From positions 1-39,641 of the IMG/VR virus record IMGVR_UViG_3300033407_000385: DNA of 39,641 nt. One strand, written 5' to 3'. The stretch is from a virus. Its lineage: Duplodnaviria; Caudoviricetes. The notes below the pieces were generated by a model that saw only the letters and a program-made list of their open reading frames with translations, searched no databases and had not been told where the DNA came from. The position numbers and the translations under genes are program-made. Shown piece by piece: positions 16,656 to 23,380 of the stretch (positions are counted from its first letter, which is position 1; every line of letters begins with the position of its first letter).

Positions 16656-17885
16656 GTGGCCGTCGCGGAATACGGCGGGCTCTCGTTCAAGGAGCAGATC
16701 GAATTCTTCCGCCAGAAGGACCTGGTCCCGACCGAGCGCTGGACGGATCTGTGGAAGGCGCAGCACGACCGCGGCTTCATGGTGGCAGGCGCCGCAAAGC
16801 GCGAGCTGCTGGAGAATTTCCAGGCAGCGATCGGCAAGGCGATTTCCGAGGGCACCACGCTCGCCGAGTTCCGCAAAGACTTCGACGGTATCGTCGCGCG
16901 GCACGGCTGGTCGTACAAGGGCGGGCGCGGCTGGCGCACGCGCGTCATCTACGAGACGAACCTGCGCACCTCGTACCAGGCAGGGCGTCTCGCCCAGATG
17001 CGCCGCGTCGCGGACCGCCGCCCTTACTGGCGCTACGTGCACTCGGACTCGGTCACGCACCCGCGCCCGCTGCACGTCTCCTGGGACGGTACGGTGCTGC
17101 GCCACGACGATCCCTGGTGGGAGACGCATTCCCCGCCGAACGGCTGGGGCTGCAAGTGCCGGGTGTTCTCGCTCGGCGAGCGCGACCTCGAGCGGCTGGG
17201 AAAGGACGGCCCGGACACCGCGCCCGACGACGGCACGCGGGAGTGGACCGACCGCGCCACCGGCGAGGTCCACCGCGTGCCGAACGGGATCGACCCCGGG
17301 TGGGACTACCCGCCGGGGCGCGGCTGGGTCGAGGGGCTCACCCCGCGCGAGCTGGAGGCCGACGACCTGCTGCCCGCAGACGCTGGCGGAGCGGCCCGCC
17401 CCACCGACGCGCTCCCGCGAGCCCGCCCGGCGCCGGCTAGCCGGCTGTTGCCGGCAGGGTTGTCCGAACAGGAGTATGCCGACCGTTTCTTGGCGGAGTT
17501 CGGCGTGCGCGCGCCGGCGCGCCACACCATTTTCGAGGACGTCACCGGCGAGGTGCTGCTGATCAGCGACGCGCTGTTCTTGCGGCGCGACGGCACCCTC
17601 AAATCCGATAAGCGCGGACGCGGGCGTTACCTGCTCTTGTCGGCCGACACGATTCGATCGCCCGACGAGATCTGGCAGGCGTGGGAAAACGTTGGCGGGA
17701 AGACCACGCTCCGCAGGCGTTACGTCGCGCGATGGGAGATCGAGGGCGAGGAGGCCCCGGCGCTCAGCGTGTTCGGCTGGGGACGCGACGGCTGGACTGG
17801 CGTGACGGCATTCAGCCCGGAGTCGATCAGGAATATCGAGTCACGGGCCAGGCGGGGGAAACGTGTCTATCGGCGGCCGGAGTAA
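16656..17885 (+). CDS. MuF (gp30) minor head protein with a C-terminal PBECR2-like nuclease-fold extension
   Basis: FKEQIEFFRQK, YETNLRTSYQAGR, PPNGWGCKCRV (MuF); C-terminal DTIRSPDEIW...RRRYVARW...WTGVTAF...RRGKRVYRR. Confidence 0.88.
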   Translation: MAVAEYGGLSFKEQIEFFRQKDLVPTERWTDLWKAQHDRGFMVAGAAKRELLENFQAAIGKAISEGTTLAEFRKDFDGIVARHGWSYKGGRGWRTRVIYETNLRTSYQAGRLAQMRRVADRRPYWRYVHSDSVTHPRPLHVSWDGTVLRHDDPWWETHSPPNGWGCKCRVFSLGERDLERLGKDGPDTAPDDGTREWTDRATGEVHRVPNGIDPGWDYPPGRGWVEGLTPRELEADDLLPADAGGAARPTDALPRARPAPASRLLPAGLSEQEYADRFLAEFGVRAPARHTIFEDVTGEVLLISDALFLRRDGTLKSDKRGRGRYLLLSADTIRSPDEIWQAWENVGGKTTLRRRYVARWEIEGEEAPALSVFGWGRDGWTGVTAFSPESIRNIESRARRGKRVYRRPE

Positions 17886-17962
17886 GCCCGCGGCGCCGCC
17901 CCACCGCGAGCGTCCCGCGCGTAGGAGTAGAGGCCGGGGCGGCGGCCGCTCGCGCGATGGAC
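17886..17962 (+). ncRNA. Predicted two-hairpin kissing-loop RNA downstream of muF
   Basis: HP1 CGCGG/CCGCG with loop containing CCGCCC; HP2 GTCC/GGAC, CGCGC/GCGCG, GAG/CTC, GGCCG/CGGCC with loop GGGCGG. Confidence 0.5.
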
Positions 17963-17978
17963 TGTAGATAAGGTACGG

Positions 17979-18431
17979 ATGGCAGGCACGAGATTCAAGG
18001 TCGAGATCGACGACGCCGCGGTGCGCCGCACGCTCGAGCGGATCGTCGCCGCCGGCGAGGACCTGACGCCGGCGCTCGAGGACATCGGCGAGGCGCTACT
18101 GGCGAGCCACTTCGATCGCTGGCGGCGCGAGGAGGCGCCGGACGGTACGCCCTGGGCGCCGCTCTCGCCCAAGTACGCCGCGCGAAAGGCGCGCAAGCGC
18201 CCAAACGCCGGGATCCTCGTGTTCGACGACCTGCTGCGCTCGCTCGCCTGGCAGGTGCAGGGCGACGAGCTCGAGCTTGGCACCGGCCGGGTCTACGGCG
18301 CCACCCACCAGTTCGGGCGCGGCGGCATCCCCGCCCGCCCCTTCCTCGGGCTCTCCGGCGACGACGAGGCGGAGGTGCTGGAGATCCTGCGGCGGCACCT
18401 GGCGGACGCGATCCCCGGCGGCGGCACCTGA
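17979..18431 (+). CDS. Virion morphogenesis protein (Mu gpG/gp31)
   Basis: APDGTPWAPLSP, YGATHQFG, IPARPFLGLS. Confidence 0.92.
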   Translation: MAGTRFKVEIDDAAVRRTLERIVAAGEDLTPALEDIGEALLASHFDRWRREEAPDGTPWAPLSPKYAARKARKRPNAGILVFDDLLRSLAWQVQGDELELGTGRVYGATHQFGRGGIPARPFLGLSGDDEAEVLEILRRHLADAIPGGGT

Positions 18432-18593
18432 CCGCCTGTGCGGCCCGTGAGGCTTACGTGGCCGTCCGCACGGATGGAGGGCCGCGTGCGATGGAGTTAA
18501 ACGTTTTGGGGGAAATTTAAACGCCTTCCCCGGCGGCTGGCGGCAGAGGCGGCAGGCGACAAAGGCGACCGCACCTAAAATTAGCAAAAAGCC

Positions 18594-18622
18594 TTGACGG
18601 TTTCCCCTGACGCGCGTAGAAT
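18594..18622 (+). promoter_or_regulatory. Strong sigma70 promoter of the inserted accessory operon
   Basis: TTGACG (18594-18599), 17 bp, TAGAAT (18617-18622); A-rich upstream sequence; AGGAGG RBS at 18673. Confidence 0.8.
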
Positions 18623-18682
18623 TGAACTCACGCTGGCAGACACGCCAGCACCCATCAATCTCTTGATTAGACAGGAGGCAGC

Positions 18683-18991
18683 ATGAAAATCTACCACAAA
18701 AGCAATCTCGGCAGCGCCAATCAGTGGGGCACCTCTCACCCCGATGATGACATCGAATTCGACACGGCCTACGCGCCAACGGAATTCCGTAATAAATACG
18801 GCGTGGAGTGGGATGTGTTTGGCCGCTTTATCCCGCTCGACGGCATGGTGGTCGGCGAGCGACTAGCTGAAATCGATGGCGGATTAGTCCTCGTCGGGCA
18901 AAACGACGATGGCGAGATTGAAGTGTGGACTGGCACCGCGATCCAGGACCTCGAGGGATACTATTACGAGGCTGAGATTTCAGCTTCCTGA
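18683..18991 (+). CDS. Small acidic hypothetical protein (anti-defence candidate)
   Basis: Own promoter and AGGAGG RBS; about 20 D/E versus 6 K/R in 102 aa; visibly lower GC than flanks. Confidence 0.8.
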   Translation: MKIYHKSNLGSANQWGTSHPDDDIEFDTAYAPTEFRNKYGVEWDVFGRFIPLDGMVVGERLAEIDGGLVLVGQNDDGEIEVWTGTAIQDLEGYYYEAEISAS

Positions 18992-19028
18992 GTATTGATT
19001 TTTTGCGCGGCGGCGGCCTCATTGCAGC

Positions 19029-19427
19029 ATGGCACATAGATTTATTGCGGATGATAGTGCCACACATTTCCGCCGCCGCGCCCCTGATCTAATGAAAGAA
19101 TTCCGAGGAAAACCCGACACGCGCCTGGCGTTCCAGTGCCGCCCTGACGGCGGCACTGACACGTACAAGCTCATCTTGCGCCACCCGTTCCAGTCCGCGG
19201 AGCTGCGCGAGCTGCTCGGTACGGCGCTCGCGCAGTGGAAGCGCGATGGCCGGCGCGAGCCGAGACAAATAACGCTCGGCCGATACACGCCGCACGGGTT
19301 TTCGCCGTCGCGGCGCTGGCTGTCGGCGCTAGAGCTGGAGGCTGTCGCCGACCGCATCGCCTACGATTTGATGCGGCTCTACGGCGAGGGCGGGCCATAC
19401 CATCAGGTGCCATCCGATGACACATAA
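19029..19427 (+). CDS. Hypothetical protein (start could be 19092)
   Basis: Fills the operon between 18991 and 19417; first ATG lies inside a long hairpin. Confidence 0.55.
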   Translation: MAHRFIADDSATHFRRRAPDLMKEFRGKPDTRLAFQCRPDGGTDTYKLILRHPFQSAELRELLGTALAQWKRDGRREPRQITLGRYTPHGFSPSRRWLSALELEAVADRIAYDLMRLYGEGGPYHQVPSDDT

Positions 19428-19599
19428 CCAGCAGAAGAAACTGCGGCGAATCCAACGAGAGATCGCCGAGTTCGCGGCGCGCGCAGGCGCGCCGGCGGAT
19501 ACGCCGCGGCAACGCGCGACCGTCACCAGGGCCAACCGCTGCCTGATGCGGCGTTGCCGGGATCTCGATGCACTCATGCGAGTGGTGGCGGCCGAATGA
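19417..19599 (+). CDS. Hypothetical small basic protein
   Basis: Overlaps the upstream stop; AGGTG upstream. Confidence 0.5.
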   Translation: MTHNQQKKLRRIQREIAEFAARAGAPADTPRQRATVTRANRCLMRRCRDLDALMRVVAAE

Positions 19600-19629
19600 A
19601 ATACGGGCCGTATCGCGAGGTCCCTGACA

Positions 19630-19929
19630 ATGACGCCGACTGAATTCGCCGCGGCCGCCGACCAAACACGCCTGCGCGAGAAGCGCCGCGAGGCGGCGCG
19701 ACTCGTCCTGGTCGGCGGGCACTCGATGGCCGCGGCCGGGCGCGCGGTCGCGATCTCGCGCCAGGCGGTGCACGAGGCCGTGGCGCGCATCGAGCGCGTG
19801 CACCAGGGCCTCGCCGGCGCGCCGCGCGACTGGTGCGTGGTCACGGTGTGCGTGCCGGCCGGCGACGTGGACGCGGTGCGGAACATCGAGCGCGCGGCAC
19901 TGATCGACGCCGGGTTACGTCAGACTTAA
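19630..19929 (+). CDS. KorA/TrfB-like HTH transcriptional repressor
   Basis: AARLVLVGG.SMAAAGRAVAISRQAVHEAVARI...PRDWCVVTVCVP parallels IncP KorA (ARGVLVDG...GLTRGAVSQAVHRV...PEGYARVTAVLP); GAGGT RBS. Confidence 0.75.
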   Translation: MTPTEFAAAADQTRLREKRREAARLVLVGGHSMAAAGRAVAISRQAVHEAVARIERVHQGLAGAPRDWCVVTVCVPAGDVDAVRNIERAALIDAGLRQT

Positions 19930-19950
19930 GCAACTGCGCCGTCCTGCCCA

Positions 19951-19997
19951 AAGCGGAAGCCCTTCCGCTACGTGATGGCCTGATCGCTTCGTACAAT
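19951..19997 (+). promoter_or_regulatory. Activator-dependent late promoter (PI-like)
   Basis: AAGCGGAA-GCCC-TTCCGCTACGTG plus TACAAT (19992-19997); same 55-nt spacing to the ATG as at 10485. Confidence 0.8.
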
Positions 19998-20005
19998 CCG
20001 CCCCG

Positions 20006-21136
20006 ATGAACGGGGCATCCCTGCAAATCTTCCGCGCCGGCCGTCACCGCGCCATGAGCGGCGTCGAGATCGAGTTCTCCGCGGACGACCTGGCCGCGAG
20101 CGCAGCCGCCTACGATCCGGCGCTGCACGAGGCACCGCTCGTCGTCGGCCATCCGACGCTCGACGCGCCGGCGTACGGCTGGGTGGGCGCGCTCTCCGCG
20201 CGCGACGGTTCGCTCGAGGCCTCCCCGCGGCAGGTCGACCAGGCGTTCGCCGAGCTGGTGCGTGGCGGGAAATTCAAGAAGGTGTCGCCCGCATTCTATC
20301 CACCGGACCACGCCGACAATCCAAAGCCGGGGATCTACTACCTGCGCCACGTCGGTTTTCTCGGCGCGCAGCCGCCGGCGGTCAAGGGACTGCGCCCCAT
20401 CGAGTTCGCCGACGATGTCGACGGTGTCGTCGTGTTCGCCGACGCCATCGATCGGGACGTCGCGACGCTGTTCCGCCGGCTGCGAGAGTGGATTATCGGC
20501 AAGTTCGGCGCGGAGGACGCGGACGCCGCGGTGCCGGGGTGGGCCGTCGATTACGTTCAGGAGGTCGCGGCGGCCGACGAGCCGGCGCAAGCATTCGGCG
20601 AGGAGGATGACGACATGACCAAGGCAGAACTGGAGCGTCTCGAACGCAAGCTCGCGGAGGAAAAGCAAGCCCTCGATGCGCGAGCGGCGAAAGTGGAGCA
20701 GCAGGAGGCGGCATTCGCAGAGCGCGAAAGCCAACTCGCAGCCGAGTCGCAAAAACGCCGGAAGATCGAGGTCGCTGCCTTCGTCGAGACGCTCGCCAAG
20801 GACGGCCGGATCCTGCCGCGCCACCAGGCCGGGCTCACGGAGTGCCTGCTTGCGTGGCCGGCGGACGCCGTCATCGAGTTCGGCGAGGGCGACGACGCGC
20901 ACAAGGGGGCGCCCGATGCGTGGCTGCGCGACTTCCTCGGCGAGCTGCCGGGTCGAATCGAGTACGCCGAGCTCGCGCCGGGCTATCTACAGGCCCCGGA
21001 CGCCGGCGCAAACGACGAGGAGATCGCGCACAGGGCGCGGAAGTATCGGGAGCAGCGCATCGAGCAGGGAGCGCGGCTGAGTTTTGCAGAGGCCGTCGAC
21101 GCGGTGCGCCGCGGCGACGACCGGGACGCCGCCTGA
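20006..21136 (+). CDS. Prohead protease/scaffold (Mu gpI/gp32-like)
   Basis: HEAPLVVGHP, PAYGWV, YYLRHVGFLGAQPPAVKGL; coiled-coil scaffold C terminus. Confidence 0.92.
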   Translation: MNGASLQIFRAGRHRAMSGVEIEFSADDLAASAAAYDPALHEAPLVVGHPTLDAPAYGWVGALSARDGSLEASPRQVDQAFAELVRGGKFKKVSPAFYPPDHADNPKPGIYYLRHVGFLGAQPPAVKGLRPIEFADDVDGVVVFADAIDRDVATLFRRLREWIIGKFGAEDADAAVPGWAVDYVQEVAAADEPAQAFGEEDDDMTKAELERLERKLAEEKQALDARAAKVEQQEAAFAERESQLAAESQKRRKIEVAAFVETLAKDGRILPRHQAGLTECLLAWPADAVIEFGEGDDAHKGAPDAWLRDFLGELPGRIEYAELAPGYLQAPDAGANDEEIAHRARKYREQRIEQGARLSFAEAVDAVRRGDDRDAA

Positions 21137-21162
21137 ACCAGGCTTCAACGGGGGATTAAACC

Positions 21163-21750
21163 GTGCGTAACGAGACACTAATCAAGACTTACGAGGCGGA
21201 CGCCGCCATCACCAAGTACCGCATCGTCAAGCCAGGCGACGCCGACGGCGACGTCGCCCAGGCCGCGGCGTCACACGATCCGCTCTTTGGCATCGCCGAC
21301 CGGCTCGGCGCCGCGGCCGCGGCCGACCGCGTGGAGATCGTGCGCGCCGGCATCGCCGAGGTGGAGTACGGCGGGACCGTCTCCCGCGGCGATTTGCTCA
21401 CCAGCGACGCGGACGGCAAGGCGGTCGCCGTTGCCGAGGACAGCATCGAGCAGACCATCGTCGCCGGCGGCGCGGCCGGTAACCACACGGTGACCGGCAT
21501 CAAGACCACCGACAAGCTGCTGGCCGTGATCCACCTGGACATGACCGACGCCAGCGAGACCGGCGACGACGTGACGAGCGAGTTCTCGATCACCGCCGCC
21601 GACACGATCAACAACACCGGCGGCACGGACACGACGGACGGCTTCCTGCTCGTCACCTACCGCCGCCCGGTGCGCGTCATCGGCGTCGCCGAGGTGGCGG
21701 GCGTCGCCAGCGACGTCGGCTCGTGCCTGATCGCGCCGGGCTACGTCTGA
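21163..21750 (+). CDS. Capsid decoration/cement protein (DUF2190-like) with an internal insertion
   Basis: GIAEVEYGGTVSRGDLLTSDADGKAVA...VIGVA; lies between protease and capsid genes. Confidence 0.75.
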   Translation: MRNETLIKTYEADAAITKYRIVKPGDADGDVAQAAASHDPLFGIADRLGAAAAADRVEIVRAGIAEVEYGGTVSRGDLLTSDADGKAVAVAEDSIEQTIVAGGAAGNHTVTGIKTTDKLLAVIHLDMTDASETGDDVTSEFSITAADTINNTGGTDTTDGFLLVTYRRPVRVIGVAEVAGVASDVGSCLIAPGYV

Positions 21751-21790
21751 GCGCAAGGCGCCACATCTGATTACCGGGAGGACCTGACCG

Positions 21791-22756
21791 ATGCTCGACA
21801 CCGCAGCAGCACCATTCACCATCCAACCGCGCCTGACGCAGATCGCGATGGCGATCAAAGTCGCCGGCATGATCGCCGACAGCGTCTGCCCCAGGGTCCG
21901 CGTGCCCGGGCAGCTCTTCGTCTACACCAAGCTCACCACCGAGGAGGGGTTCACCATCCCCGACACCAAGATCGGGCGGACCTCGCGCGCCAACCAGGTG
22001 GAGTTCGGATCGACAGACGTGGAGGCGAGCACCGAGGACCACGGTCTTGAGGACCCCGTCCCGGTCAAGGACATCCAGCTCGCGCAGGCGCAAGGCGCGA
22101 ACTACGACCCGCTGGCACTCGCCACCGAACGCACCACGCAGCTCATGGAGCTCGCACGGGAGGAGCGCGTGGCCAACCTGCTGTTCACCATCGGCAACTA
22201 CAGCTCCTCCTTGCGCACCACGCTCAGCGGCAACGACCAGTGGAGCGACTACACGAACTCCAACCCGGTGGACGCCATCCTCGACGCGATGGACCAGATG
22301 CTCATCCGGCCGAACACGGTGGTGATGGGGCAGGCGGTGTGGACCAAGCTGCGCCAGCACCCGAAGGTCGTGGAGAGCGTGAAGGCGACCGGCGCGGGCG
22401 GCATCGCTGCCACGGGCGTCGTCGCCAGATCGGCGGTCGCCGAGCTGCTGGAGGTCGACGAGGTCCAGGTCGGCGCGACGTACAAGAACACCGCGAAGAA
22501 GGGGCAGACCGCTGACTACTCGTTTCTCTGGGGCAAGCACTGCGCGCTGCTGCATCTGAACCGCAACATAGTGAGCGCGCGCGACGCGATGCCGACTTTC
22601 GCCTTCACCGCGGAGTGGCAGGGACGGCGCTCCGGCACGTACACGGATCCGAGCCGCGGCATCGAGGGCTCCACGATCGTCAAGGTCGTCGACCAGGTGA
22701 AGGAGCTGATCCCGTTCACCGACGCGGGGTATTTCTTCGCCGACGCGGTCGCCTGA
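21791..22756 (+). CDS. Major capsid protein (lambda gpE-like family)
   Basis: IADSVCPRVRV, EERVANLLF, QWSDYTNSNP, RPNTVVMG...LRQHP, AGYFFADAVA; size and position. Confidence 0.88.
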   Translation: MLDTAAAPFTIQPRLTQIAMAIKVAGMIADSVCPRVRVPGQLFVYTKLTTEEGFTIPDTKIGRTSRANQVEFGSTDVEASTEDHGLEDPVPVKDIQLAQAQGANYDPLALATERTTQLMELAREERVANLLFTIGNYSSSLRTTLSGNDQWSDYTNSNPVDAILDAMDQMLIRPNTVVMGQAVWTKLRQHPKVVESVKATGAGGIAATGVVARSAVAELLEVDEVQVGATYKNTAKKGQTADYSFLWGKHCALLHLNRNIVSARDAMPTFAFTAEWQGRRSGTYTDPSRGIEGSTIVKVVDQVKELIPFTDAGYFFADAVA

Positions 22757-22786
22757 TACATCGCACGCCGCAAACGCGCCCATGAA

Positions 22787-22865
22787 GGTGCCGCTGTCGT
22801 GAGGCACAGCGGTATCCCGAGGCACAGGGTGACGCGGGCGGGGAGCCTCACCTACCCCGCCCGCG
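22787..22865 (+). ncRNA. Predicted kissing-loop RNA downstream of the capsid gene
   Basis: 11-bp stem 22787-22797/22806-22816 (2 G-U); perfect 11-bp stem 22833-22843/22855-22865; loops GTGAGGC and GCCTCAC are complementary. Confidence 0.62.
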
Positions 22866-22886
22866 CTGCATAGCGGAGACATCGAC

Positions 22887-23222
22887 ATGAAATCATTCCG
22901 AGTGCTCGACAGGCTGAATCACGACGGCAAGCGCTACGGGCCGGGCGACACAGTCAAGCTGGATGCAGACACGGCGGACCACCTGGTCGATGCCGGCGTC
23001 GTCGCGCCCCCGTCGGCGCCGGACGCAGAGCAGCCCCCGCCCCGCACCGAGCTGCTGCGCGAGGCGGTGAACGCGATGCTCGCAGAGGATCCGGAGCGCG
23101 CGCAAAAGGACTGGTGGCTCAACGACGGGCGGCCGGAGGCGCGCGAGCTGGCGCGCCGCGTCGGGTTCGACGTGTCGGCCAAGGAGCGCGACGCGCTCTG
23201 GGCGGAGATGGGGGGCGGATGA
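22887..23222 (+). CDS. Mu gp35-like head-associated hypothetical protein
   Basis: LNHDGKRYGPGDTV N terminus; DGRPE...VSAKERDALW C terminus; position after the capsid gene. Confidence 0.65.
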   Translation: MKSFRVLDRLNHDGKRYGPGDTVKLDADTADHLVDAGVVAPPSAPDAEQPPPRTELLREAVNAMLAEDPERAQKDWWLNDGRPEARELARRVGFDVSAKERDALWAEMGGG

Positions 23223-23380
23223 TGTCGCCGATCACCATGTCCATGCGCGAAGCCGTGCAATCAGCGTTTGCGTACCCGGCGCTCCGGAGCAGGCTGCGCG
23301 AGGAGATCGCGAAGTCGCCGGCGCGTCGCAGGCGAGCGCCCAAGGGCACATTCATGCGGCGCCGTGACCGGGCGGCATGA
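23219..23380 (+). CDS. Small basic hypothetical protein
   Basis: ATGA overlaps at both ends. Confidence 0.45.
   Translation: MMSPITMSMREAVQSAFAYPALRSRLREEIAKSPARRRRAPKGTFMRRRDRAA

Noticed and set aside
14954-17440. 828-aa plus-strand alternative-frame ORF, and the long 5' extension of the portal ORF from 14232
   Set aside because: Arg/Gly/Ala-rich off-frame reading over terminase, portal and MuF; typical of high-GC DNA
18436-18530. Imperfect hairpin and TTAAACG repeats after gpG
   Set aside because: Weak pairing with no function supportable from sequence alone
18578-18590. AATTAGCAAAAA as an IncP KorA operator (TTTAGCTAAA)
   Set aside because: Not palindromic; more simply an A-rich UP element
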